DNA of 64,000 bases from an uncultured virus (IMG/VR IMGVR_UViG_3300042549_004976). Taxonomy: Duplodnaviria; Heunggongvirae; Uroviricota; Caudoviricetes. A program made the translations under genes and the position numbers. Of the stretch, positions 9,801 to 20,500 are shown one piece after another (positions within the stretch are counted from its first letter, which is position 1; the number at the start of each line of letters is the position of its first letter). The notes under the pieces are model-generated. The model was not told the origin of the DNA and ran no database searches. It saw only the letters and a list, made by a program, of their open reading frames with translations. The stretch lies in IMG/VR virus record IMGVR_UViG_3300042549_004976; one strand, written 5' to 3'.

Positions 9801-12800
9801 ATGGCTGCTATAAACAATATTATTTTAAACACTGAAGCAGAAGCCCTAGAAGATCTGCTGTCTCCTTTCATCAAGGAGCAGTTTCCGTTGTTTGTGCAGA
9901 CAGACTATCCAAAACTAGTTTTGTTTATAAAGGCGTACTACGAGTGGTTGGAAAAGGAAGGCAATGTTGGGTACTTAACATCCAAGTTGGACACGGTATG
10001 GGATGTAGATCTGAACCTTGATGAGTTTTACTCCCATTTCAAGAACACCTATCTTGATTCGTTTCCTGAAATGTTTGCAGAAAATGCCAGCGGTAACAAG
10101 CCAAACAAAAAAACACTGCTGAAAAAGATTCGTGACTTCTACGGAAACAAGGGCACAGAGAGTTCATACAAGTTCCTGTTTCGTATTCTATACGACAGTG
10201 ATCTGGAATTCTATTACCCCAAGAACGATATTCTCAAGGTGTCTGATGGTGTATGGACAGAACCACGATCCATTAAAACCACTGTGCAAAACGGAACTGA
10301 TCTGTTTGGTGCTGTAAACGGAAACATCTACCAATTCAGCGGCGTGCAGTTAACTGCAAGTGCATTTGTTAATTCGGTGGTGCAGTACTCCTTTAACGGA
10401 GTTCCAATCACTGAGTTCTTTATTACTGATATCGCTGGTGAATTTTCTCCTAATGCTAATGTTGTTCTTTCCAAAGACGGCACCGAGTGGACAGAAACAG
10501 CGTATCCTGTTATTGGTGAGTTTTTCGTTGAACTTCCTGGTAGTGGATATCGTGTGGGTGATTTGGTAACGGTTACTGATTCTAGAGGCACAGGATTTTC
10601 TGCCAAGATTGATCAAGTAGGTCTTGCTGGCGGGGTTAAGAAGATTGGAATTTCCAATTCGGGTGTAAACTACACAGGAGATCTTGTTCTTAACATTGTT
10701 AGTGAAACAGGATCACGAACCGCAAAGGTGATTGGTTTGCGTAGTGCTGTTACAAATTATCCTGGATACTTTACAGGAAATCGCGGCAAGATGTCTTCAA
10801 ACAAGAAGATTCAAGACGGTCACTACTATCAGGATTTTTCATATGAACTCAAGTCTGCGGTATCCTTGGACATATATTTTGGTGTATTGAAAAACATTAT
10901 TCATCCTACAGGTATGCGGATGTTTGGTTCTATCCTCCTGAATAGATCTATTGATAATGCTCTCACCACATCATCCCAAGCCACTTTCTATGAGATTCCT
11001 CTTATTGGACGATACACTCCGTATACGAGTGGAACCACATTGGATCTTCGCGCCAACGGCAATACGCTGTCTGGATATTGGCTTGGAGCCACAGGTGACC
11101 TGTATCCACTTGGATACAACCCGTATATTGGTAGCACCACTGAAGTAGGACCAAACGGACAGACCACTCCTGTAGGAACAGTATTTGTGGGAACCTCTTT
11201 GGGGTACACCTACTGCTATGTGCCTGAAGGTGGTCGTACCTCACACAATCCTATTGGTGCTCCTCTTGGCAGCACTGGTGCATTCTATCGTAACAGAGAA
11301 AGCAATCTTACTCCTGCGGGTATGGATGGACTTGTCTTGTGGCTCAAGCCTGAAAATATTGGCGTGGTCGGCTCAGTTGCTAATGGTGCAAGCATGGATA
11401 TTTGGAGAGATGCTTCCAAGAGTGGCAATCACGCTGTCCCCCCAACATGGAGCAAATGGAACGGTATTGCACATATTACACAAACAGCCGCAGGTGGATA
11501 TTTTTCAGAATCTGTTCGCTCCACAAATCCAGTAACTAAATTGGCTTTCGTGGCAAACGGATTGTGTGGGGGGTTCACACACGGTCGTCTGTTTATGATG
11601 GGACTTGCCGCCAATCCTGCTGCAAGTAATTACTATGACAATATCGACTACGCTGTGTACTCGTATGGGTCAAACAGTACGCAGTATACCATACCAAGGC
11701 AATATTATGTGTATGAATCGGGTAATAGTCGCAATTCGATTACTAATGGGGCAAGTAACTATTCTGCCTACGATAATACTGTTTGTGAGGTAGAGTACAT
11801 TGACCCAAATATCGTGTATCGGGTTGATGGAGTTGTAAAGCGAACCGTTTTTGCAGGGTATGGACGCACATTCTACTTTGACTCTTCATTCTATGCAACC
11901 GCCTCTTCTAGTGATCCAAAAACATCAGTTACTCTTTTGGATCTTTCGTATAACGGAAATCCTGTTGTCCCGAATTTTGTGTCTACTGCAAATATGAATG
12001 CTCGTGTGTACGCAGGAGTCACGCTTGACAAACTTCGCCCCACCCTGCAAACAGCAGGATACGGTGGAGTTACGGGAGTTTCGTTTAACGGAGGACTAGT
12101 GTTTTCTCCTGCTTCAACTTACGCAGGAGTAACTTTTGGTTCGGTGGTTGGTCTTGGATACACCACAGGAACAGGCAGCAGTGCTGCGGCAGTTCTTACT
12201 GGTCAGCATATGTACCTTACCAAACCTCTAACCGTTACTGATGATGCAGATATATTTGTTGTGTATAAATCAACTATTGATGGGTTGAGTTACGGATACG
12301 GACTGCTTGCTTCTCGTAATACAAATTGTGACTTGTCTGCAACTCCATCTTTGCGATTTGACTCTGTGCTGTTCAGTCGTTCGTATAATCAGCAGGACAG
12401 AACTCTATCGCAGCAGACAGGTGCTTACTATACGATTCTTCCAAACGGAAAACTCATGTATCCTGGTGCATCACTTCCTCCTGCTGGTGCTTTTGGATTC
12501 CGTCCTTGTGGAGACAATACTGCTGCTGGACAGAATTCTATTGTTTACGATCCCCATGTTTCGGGGGCGTGCTTGGGAGTTTGTATTGGAGAAGCCGTTC
12601 GAGACTCTTCAAACAAGATTGGGGTGTTCTTGAATGGTGATGAGGGATTGAATAGATCTAGAGTAACAGGCAGACAGATTGCTTCAATCAGTCCACCATC
12701 AGGAAACGAGTGGCTTGTTTCTAAAAATCTTATTTACGCTTTTGACGCTGGACAAACTGCGTCTATTGGTTCTTACAAAGACGGAATTAGTACTGATATT

Positions 12801-14639
12801 CTTCGTGAGTATCAGATGACTCCAACCCCAATCAATGTGCTTGCTCCCCTGACTCCATCAATGTGGAGAAGAGATACTATACCAGCCAGTCCTTTAGTGG
12901 ATTCGGTAACCCTTGTTACCCAAACTGGTGTGGGATTAGGTACAGATGAAGTTTTTGAAGCAACAACTGGTAGCAGTGGAAATCTATATCTTGGTAATAG
13001 TTCACTACCAAATCCTGCATGGGAGAATTCCACACTAACATCCACAACATGGACATTTACTGCCACTATTCGTAGGGATGATGGTGAAGTTATAACTCGT
13101 CCTAATGTGTATATTTACACAGCAAGCAGCACTCCCGACCAGCAACCAGCAACGGGATTTGAGGATCTTGGGGGTGGATGGTATAAAATTACTAGAGTAA
13201 AAACTGAACCTGGAACTACTCCAACCGCAACACCAGCCACACTTGTTGGTTTGAGTGGTTTGGGAGCAGGGGTAAAATACAGAATTGGTCGAGTACAACT
13301 TCTTCCGTATCATGTCACCAGTGATATTGCTGGCACCGCCACACGAACCAATTCTAGTTACCCGTTTCCGTGGAATAAATTGGGAACAGCAAACGCCAAT
13401 TCAGTGGAACGGTTAACTAATCCTTGGGGAAATGTTGAACTAGGATGGAGGGGAAAAAATCATTCCTCCAACGCTACTAATATCGTATACAACCCCAATG
13501 GAGGGTTTGATACCACACCTATTGCTGTTGATATGACTAAAAAGTATCGTTTTTCTGTTTGGGTAAATCGAAAAGTTCTTGGTAGCGGCACTGTGTACTT
13601 TGGACCAAGATCAACTGGATTGAAAACCAAATCAACAGGAGTAGTAGAGACAAATCCTTATTTCGCAGCAGACGGAACAAGTAGTACTGCATATACGGGT
13701 AAACAAAATACTTGGGTTCTTGTGGTTGGTCATGTGCATCCATTAGGAACTGCAATTGGTGCTAATGATACAGCAAGCGGATATTACACCATTGCTGATG
13801 GTACTGCTCCTTACGCTACAACCTCCTCTTCTACGAGTGCAGATTATATTTTTGACGGAACTTTAGGACAACTTGCTATGAGAGTATTCCTGTACGGCAG
13901 CAGTACTCCAGGAACAGAAGTGCAATTCCTGCGTCCTCGTATTGATTTGGTGGACGGCACTGAGCCAAGCATTGAGGATTTGCTGAACAATACTCCAAAC
14001 ACTGTGTACGATTTGAGTACGACTGGTTCTATTAGTTCGGTTATAGGAAAACCACAATACAGTTCCGTAAACGGTGGTCAGTTGGTGTTCAACGGCAAGT
14101 CGCACGCGATTATTACATCGGGTTCTGTATTTTCTGATATTAGTAATATTGGAACCAAGACATGGGAGGTGTGGGTAACAGCACCCCCATCCACTACTGG
14201 TACCAATATGTTCTGTGGTGCTGGTGGTCTTCCGTATTTTTCAATTGCTTCGACTAGTGTGGTATTGTGGTCGCAAAATACTTCGGGTGCACAAACAAAT
14301 GTCACATGGAGTGTTCCGTCTAGTTGGGGAACCTTTAATGGTAAGCCGATACATTTGGTTTTTGTGTCCACTTACAATGCAACAGCAAATAATACACGGT
14401 ATGAAATCTATGCAAACGGAACAAATGTAACCACGGTAACATATACTGGAAATGAAAGGTATTCGCTACCATCAGTAAACATTGGTAATCGTGCAAACCT
14501 AACAGATCACTACACCTATATGGGTACAGACTACGAGTTTAATAGTAGTATTGCAATGGTTCGTGTGTATGATCGCGCCTTAACAAAAGCAGAAATACAG
14601 CAAAACTTTAACTCCACTCGCAACAGATTCGGAGTATAA
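9801..14639 (+). CDS. gp7: Baseplate wedge initiator gp7-like protein with long LamG/CBM-like extensions
   Basis: QFPLFV..DYP.LV.FIKAYYEWLE, LKKIRDFY..KGTESSYKFLFRILY and IQDGHYYQDFSY...HPTGMRMFG motifs; sits between gp6 and gp8. Confidence 0.85.
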   Translation: MAAINNIILNTEAEALEDLLSPFIKEQFPLFVQTDYPKLVLFIKAYYEWLEKEGNVGYLTSKLDTVWDVDLNLDEFYSHFKNTYLDSFPEMFAENASGNKPNKKTLLKKIRDFYGNKGTESSYKFLFRILYDSDLEFYYPKNDILKVSDGVWTEPRSIKTTVQNGTDLFGAVNGNIYQFSGVQLTASAFVNSVVQYSFNGVPITEFFITDIAGEFSPNANVVLSKDGTEWTETAYPVIGEFFVELPGSGYRVGDLVTVTDSRGTGFSAKIDQVGLAGGVKKIGISNSGVNYTGDLVLNIVSETGSRTAKVIGLRSAVTNYPGYFTGNRGKMSSNKKIQDGHYYQDFSYELKSAVSLDIYFGVLKNIIHPTGMRMFGSILLNRSIDNALTTSSQATFYEIPLIGRYTPYTSGTTLDLRANGNTLSGYWLGATGDLYPLGYNPYIGSTTEVGPNGQTTPVGTVFVGTSLGYTYCYVPEGGRTSHNPIGAPLGSTGAFYRNRESNLTPAGMDGLVLWLKPENIGVVGSVANGASMDIWRDASKSGNHAVPPTWSKWNGIAHITQTAAGGYFSESVRSTNPVTKLAFVANGLCGGFTHGRLFMMGLAANPAASNYYDNIDYAVYSYGSNSTQYTIPRQYYVYESGNSRNSITNGASNYSAYDNTVCEVEYIDPNIVYRVDGVVKRTVFAGYGRTFYFDSSFYATASSSDPKTSVTLLDLSYNGNPVVPNFVSTANMNARVYAGVTLDKLRPTLQTAGYGGVTGVSFNGGLVFSPASTYAGVTFGSVVGLGYTTGTGSSAAAVLTGQHMYLTKPLTVTDDADIFVVYKSTIDGLSYGYGLLASRNTNCDLSATPSLRFDSVLFSRSYNQQDRTLSQQTGAYYTILPNGKLMYPGASLPPAGAFGFRPCGDNTAAGQNSIVYDPHVSGACLGVCIGEAVRDSSNKIGVFLNGDEGLNRSRVTGRQIASISPPSGNEWLVSKNLIYAFDAGQTASIGSYKDGISTDILREYQMTPTPINVLAPLTPSMWRRDTIPASPLVDSVTLVTQTGVGLGTDEVFEATTGSSGNLYLGNSSLPNPAWENSTLTSTTWTFTATIRRDDGEVITRPNVYIYTASSTPDQQPATGFEDLGGGWYKITRVKTEPGTTPTATPATLVGLSGLGAGVKYRIGRVQLLPYHVTSDIAGTATRTNSSYPFPWNKLGTANANSVERLTNPWGNVELGWRGKNHSSNATNIVYNPNGGFDTTPIAVDMTKKYRFSVWVNRKVLGSGTVYFGPRSTGLKTKSTGVVETNPYFAADGTSSTAYTGKQNTWVLVVGHVHPLGTAIGANDTASGYYTIADGTAPYATTSSSTSADYIFDGTLGQLAMRVFLYGSSTPGTEVQFLRPRIDLVDGTEPSIEDLLNNTPNTVYDLSTTGSISSVIGKPQYSSVNGGQLVFNGKSHAIITSGSVFSDISNIGTKTWEVWVTAPPSTTGTNMFCGAGGLPYFSIASTSVVLWSQNTSGAQTNVTWSVPSSWGTFNGKPIHLVFVSTYNATANNTRYEIYANGTNVTTVTYTGNERYSLPSVNIGNRANLTDHYTYMGTDYEFNSSIAMVRVYDRALTKAEIQQNFNSTRNRFGV

Positions 14640-14654
14640 CGAAAGGATACTGTC

Positions 14655-15173
14655 ATGCCTGATGGAGATGTATTTCTTCCACAACTAGAGAACGGTTACG
14701 CTGCTGCACCTGATCAGTACAATAGTGCTGATATTGTTGTTGGTAGAATTGGTTCGAATATTAGTCCTGCCGCAACTGGTAGCGGCACGGTAGGATCAGC
14801 GGCATGGATAGCCTCTATTCTTCAAAATACCACTTCGTATTCTTTCACTGGTGTTATCTCAGAGGTACTGGTGTTTGATCGTAAACTAACAGAAGAAGAA
14901 CGCCAAGAGGTGTACGGCTACCTGTCTCGTAAGTACGGCATGGACACCAAACTTCCTGATACCTATGCGGCATCCCATCCAAGTGCATATGCTCGTGGTT
15001 TGACTTTTTGGAATATTGAACACCACCCAAACACCAAGGGCATACCAGGACTGTGGCAGAATCTTTCTTTTGGCGATATAGTATTGGAAGATTTCTCCTT
15101 GTTTCCAGATGGTACATATAAGTCTACGGGAAATGTTTTATCAGAGGATACATACGATAGTGTCGGTCTATAA
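14655..15173 (+). CDS. C-terminal half of a LamG-like domain, in frame with the gp7 ORF
   Basis: FTGVISEVLVFDRKLTEEERQEVYGYLSRKYG; same frame as 9801..14639, separated from it by one TAA plus 5 sense codons; AAGGA upstream. Confidence 0.65.
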   Translation: MPDGDVFLPQLENGYAAAPDQYNSADIVVGRIGSNISPAATGSGTVGSAAWIASILQNTTSYSFTGVISEVLVFDRKLTEEERQEVYGYLSRKYGMDTKLPDTYAASHPSAYARGLTFWNIEHHPNTKGIPGLWQNLSFGDIVLEDFSLFPDGTYKSTGNVLSEDTYDSVGL

Positions 15174-15184
15174 GGGGAAAATCA

Positions 15185-17518
15185 ATGGCTAGTTACCTAA
15201 AGGCATCCATTCAACGCTCATACGCCGAAAGTTTTTTGGCGGATTTGGAGCGCAACGATAATCAGTACTTCTTTTTTATTAGTAAGGGTACTGCTTGGAG
15301 TACTGAACCAAATCCAACTGCCTATGTTGACAGCGTGGGATCCGAATATCAGGTAATGAATGACATTATTGGTTACAAGAAACTCAACCCACAGAACATT
15401 GTTTTTGCCTTGCCTCGATACGAGTGGCTTGGTAATACAGTTTACAATCAGTACAACGACACCGATGCCCTGTTTGACGATACCAACCCAAAGATTTTCT
15501 ATGTGGTTACAGATCAGAATAACATCTACAAGTGCTTGAGCAACAACGGTGGAGTTCCCTCCACTAGTAAACCAAGTCTTGTTCTGACTTCTCCGTTTGG
15601 TTTGGATGATGGATATATTTGGCAGTATATTGCCACTATAAAGGAAGGCGATCTTCCTTACCAGTTAACGGATTATATTCCTGTAGATTTTGCTACTAGT
15701 AGCACAGACACGGAAACGAGTAATCAGTACAACACGCAGATTAGTGCAGTGAATGGTTCAATTACCCGAATTGGTTTGGTAAACTCATCGGGTGCTTCTG
15801 CTGGTGTGTACACGAACGCTATCACTAATAATCTAATTGGTGGTAACGCTTCATACACAATCAATGTCACAAATTTTGATCCCGTAACGAATACAGTAAC
15901 TACTACAGATGACGGTTCTAGAGGACTATTAAACTTTGCTGGTGTTGATATTTCAAAATATATCGGATATGTTTTGCGTGTTGATAATTTCACTGATACA
16001 AATCCAACCGAAGTAAACAACTACGCAATCATTACTGGTGCAGCGTCTACCACCAATAGTTTTACATTTACTCTTCAAAACGATGTTGTGGATTTTACTG
16101 TTACTCCATCTGGAAACGGAAAGATTGCCTCTGTTGAGATTGTACCGTACATCAAAATTGTGGGAAACGGTAGCGGAGCGTATGCCTTTCCAAAAATGAA
16201 CGCCAGTAGACAAATTTCTGCTGTTGAGGTTGTGAACGGTGGACGCAATTACTCTGCTGCACTCGTTGAAGTAGCAAGTCCCAAATCAGCAGTTACAAAT
16301 CACCCAACCTTGACTGCGGTTTTGTCTCCCAAGGGAGGACACGGCAGCAATATATTAAAAGAATTAAATACCAAAGATATTCTTATCATTGTAAAGATCA
16401 CAGAAGATGATGCCGTCAAAATTATAGGCGGTGGATCTTATAGACAGTTTGGAATAATCAAGAATCCTTTGCTTGGAGACGGAAGCGGAATCGGGGCAGG
16501 AAGAGAAGACTTGTACTATCGTGACATTTCTCTTATTAGTACTAGCGGTTCTGCGCTTTCTTCTGATTTTAGTTCAGGAGAAGCAAATATTATAATTGGA
16601 ACCGAGACATACTCCTCTTCTAAAGTTGTTGGTGTGAAATCAACAAATTCTTCCGAAATTACTCTTAAAACCCTGAACGCCAGCGGAAGATTTATTACCA
16701 AGCAAGACCGCATAAATGATTATGTACTTACGCTTACTGCGGATCCGTCTGTGGATTTCCAAGTGGGAGAAACTGTAGAGCAGACTATTCCTGCTGGCGT
16801 AGTTCTAGGATCTATTACACTTGCATTTTCTATAACCACTCAAGGACGAGTTCTGTATACAAATGGAACTGCATTGGGTGTTCGTGTTACTAGTAGTGGA
16901 AACTTTATTAATCAGGCTGATCTTCCTATTGTGGGTTTGCTTTCTGGTGTTACTGGTACTATTTCTTCTGTGGCTCCATCATATGGGGAGTCTGTATGGG
17001 TTACTGATACAGTTAACTCCTCTGCTACATTTTTGAGTAGGGGTGGTACTCAAAATGTTTATAAGGTTGTGGAAGCAGGACAAGCGTATTTTGATCTAGA
17101 CAGCACTCCTGCATACAGGGGTGTTCATGTTATGGAACTTGGTACTAGTTTGAATTCTGCGGTGGGTGTTGTGGACACCACTTCTGCTTCACTCACTCAG
17201 AATTCGTTTTCTAATGGAGACTTGGTGACGCAAGGAGTCACGGGAACCTATGGAAACTACGCTACGGGTCAGGTGTACCATTGGGAATTTATCAATAATT
17301 CCTATGGAAAACTCTACTTGACCAATGTGGTGGGTTCTTTTAAGAGTGTTGCTGTTGATGGGCTGTCGGGTTCCACGCTTGGTGCGTACATTGTGACCAA
17401 TGTGGACCTGCCAGAGATCGACAGAACTTCGGGCGAAATCTTATACATAGACAATGTAAGACCTATACAAAGAACTGTTGGTCAACAGGAAGAATTTAGA
17501 GTTCGATTGGGCTTCTAA
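15185..17518 (+). CDS. gp8: Baseplate wedge subunit gp8 (extended)
   Basis: FYVVTDQNNIYKCLSN...DGYIWQY...SPKGGHGSN..KEL...YRQFGIIKNP...SGEILYIDN.RPI.R...QQEEFRVRLGF. Confidence 0.9.
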   Translation: MASYLKASIQRSYAESFLADLERNDNQYFFFISKGTAWSTEPNPTAYVDSVGSEYQVMNDIIGYKKLNPQNIVFALPRYEWLGNTVYNQYNDTDALFDDTNPKIFYVVTDQNNIYKCLSNNGGVPSTSKPSLVLTSPFGLDDGYIWQYIATIKEGDLPYQLTDYIPVDFATSSTDTETSNQYNTQISAVNGSITRIGLVNSSGASAGVYTNAITNNLIGGNASYTINVTNFDPVTNTVTTTDDGSRGLLNFAGVDISKYIGYVLRVDNFTDTNPTEVNNYAIITGAASTTNSFTFTLQNDVVDFTVTPSGNGKIASVEIVPYIKIVGNGSGAYAFPKMNASRQISAVEVVNGGRNYSAALVEVASPKSAVTNHPTLTAVLSPKGGHGSNILKELNTKDILIIVKITEDDAVKIIGGGSYRQFGIIKNPLLGDGSGIGAGREDLYYRDISLISTSGSALSSDFSSGEANIIIGTETYSSSKVVGVKSTNSSEITLKTLNASGRFITKQDRINDYVLTLTADPSVDFQVGETVEQTIPAGVVLGSITLAFSITTQGRVLYTNGTALGVRVTSSGNFINQADLPIVGLLSGVTGTISSVAPSYGESVWVTDTVNSSATFLSRGGTQNVYKVVEAGQAYFDLDSTPAYRGVHVMELGTSLNSAVGVVDTTSASLTQNSFSNGDLVTQGVTGTYGNYATGQVYHWEFINNSYGKLYLTNVVGSFKSVAVDGLSGSTLGAYIVTNVDLPEIDRTSGEILYIDNVRPIQRTVGQQEEFRVRLGF

Positions 17519-17527
17519 GAGGAACAT

Positions 17528-20500
17528 ATGGCATACGATCCTAGCATCTTTAATATCAGTCCGTACTACGATGATTTTTCTGCGGACAACGGGTTTTTGC
17601 GTGTTCTGTTCAAGCCAGGATACGCCCTGCAAGCCCGTGAAGCCACGCAATTGCAGTCCATCCTACAGGATCAACTGTCCCGAATCGGCGATCATTTGTT
17701 CAAGGACGGATCTCGCATTATTGGTGGTGGTATTAGTGTTCGCAATTCTTCATTTTTAATGGTTGATGCTGGTGTTGGTACTCCTCTTGCGGGAGTCACC
17801 GACTACTCCACCCTTGTTGGCGGAATTCTTACACCCACCAATACCACAGACACAACACAAGCAACGGTGGTTCACTATATTGCTCCTGATGTGAATACAG
17901 ACGGGTACTTGATTCTTGTTGTTGATTTTGTGTCGGGAACTTCGTTTGCTAGTACCTTTAATTTAACTAAGGATTCATTCACGGTTTCTGGTCTGAGTGT
18001 TATTTCTGATTCGTTTGGTAAAGGTAACTGCAAACTGGTTACGGTTTCTGATGGTATCTTCTATGTGGACGGATTCTTTGTTCGAACCGAGACACAGCAG
18101 TTCACTCCATACACCGCAGAAACGGGATATCGTGATCTAAACTTCACCACATTCTCCACACTATCCAAGAAAATTGGATTTGCGATTGGTCGTGACAATG
18201 TTACAGAGCAGGAAAACTCTACTCTGCGGGATCCTGCAATTGGATCCTACAACTACAATGCTCCTGGAGCAGATCGCTATAAAGTTACTCTTTCGCTTGC
18301 TCAGGCTGAGTTGAGCGAAACTCCTGATGACTTTGTTGAACTGCTTAGGTTTGAAGGCGGAAAAGTCACGAAGAAAATTGAGCGAATCACCTACGGAGAG
18401 ATTCAAAAGGCACTTGCTCTTCGCACCTACGATGAGTCGGGATCCTATACGGTTCGTCCGTTTGATCTTACTGTTAAAGGGTATTCTAACACACAATTAA
18501 ATATGTCTGTTGGCGAAGGCAAGGCGTATGTGCTTGGATATGATGTTGAGAATCAGCATCCAGTTACCGTTCCCTTTAGCAAATCACGAACAGTTCAACC
18601 TGAATCTAATATAATATTTCCGTTTAGCACTGGAAACTTTATTGGTGTATGCATGGGTAATACGGCATCTGGATTTGGCGAAACATTTGCTACCAATCTA
18701 ACCACTGTTAGTTCTGGATCTGCACTGGTGCAATTCAGAAATGCAGCCAATACCGCTACAGTGGCTACTGGTTATGTTCATGGTGCGATTCCTACTCCTC
18801 AACAATCTGGTCTTGGTGGATTCGCAGGAAACCACTATCGGTTGTATGTGTACGGATTGAGTGGTTCTGTTTCGAGTGGTACAACAGGGTTTATCTACAG
18901 TAATACTACAGGATTTACCATTGGATCCTTTACGCCACAAATTGCTTTAGGATTCTCTGCATCAGGCACAGATAATTCATCTCTGGTTTACGAATTGCAG
19001 CCAGGGTATGCGGTTGACCAAATTTCTTTTCTGTCTGTTCCTTGTAGACTGATGGGTGGTGCTGGTACTGCTGTTGCCATTACTCCATCTCCTAATACTC
19101 CAACCACCAATCAAACATCTTATACGATTACCAAGGCACATTTTCAGGATACTATTTCTACTGGCAATTCTAGTGTGTTTAATTTCCCTGCTACACCACC
19201 AGCAGCCAGTCAAATATCTTTTGTGGGCAATTCGCCCACTGCATTCACTCCTAGTAGTGGAACTATTACTGCTTATTCCCAATCAAGTATGACTGTAGTG
19301 GCTTCCAATGTGCCAACAGGATTCGCTTCTTCACAATTGCGAGCAATGGTACCTGTGGTGTATACTCCCACTATTAGTGATAATACAACATACAGAACCA
19401 AAACTTCGACAACAACTACGGTTAATTTTACTTCCAATTTAAGCACATCAGAAGGTGGTCGTAAGTACTTCACTATTCCTAATCGTGATGTGTACGCTGT
19501 TGCTTCGGTTGTTAATCAAACCAGTGCAGCAATAGATTATACCGATGATTTTGAATTGGATAATGGTCAGCGAGAAACTCACTACGAAAATTCTCGTCTG
19601 TATATCAAGGATAGTGCAGCATCCAAGCCTGTATATACTTCTTCATTAACCAACGCGGACCTTCGTGTTACCTACTCATATTTTGTTCACGGTGGATTGG
19701 CTGCTGCGCCATTTATCGGCAAGCACTCATACCTTGCTTCTGATGGTTCTGCGTTCCCGTATGCTCAGATTCCACTGTACACCAATCCGCGTACAGGTAA
19801 AACTGTGTCTTTGGCAAACTGCTTGGACTTCCGTCATTCTGGATTGACCTCAGACACTCCAATGCTGAAGCCCTATGGTGCCACTGATGTTGTGGTTCCA
19901 TCGTTCACCACTGCGTCATACAATCACTATCTGCCTCGCATTGATAAATTGTGTGTAAAGGCTGATTCTGAAGACGGATCTGCACTATTCTTCTTTGTGG
20001 AAGGTACTCCTGACCTTTCGCCTTCGGCTCCACCTGATCCTGCTGATGCTCTTGTGCTTGCTACCGTAACTGTTCCTGCGTACACACACAACGCAAGTGA
20101 TGTAGTGGTTACTCCTGTAGACACCAAACGATTCACTATGGCAGATATTGGCAAGATTCAGAAGCGAGTGGATGAAGTTGAAGTGTTTGCTAAACTCTCC
20201 CTGTCAGAATCTGAAATAGAAGCACGATCTCTTCGTGGAACCTTTACTGCTACGGAACCTTTGAAAACTTCCATCTTCTCTGATGAGTTCTACGGACACT
20301 CGATTTCTGATGTTACTGATTACTCTAATTCTTGTTCTATTGATTTTGAGCGTGGCGAATTGCGTCCATTCTTCACAACTCAAGAAATTTCAATTAATCC
20401 CCCAATCACAAACGATACTGTGGTTTCTCCAGATGGATTGGTTACTCTTGATTACACCACTCCTGCTTATATTGAAAACAAGCAGTACACAAAAAGAATT

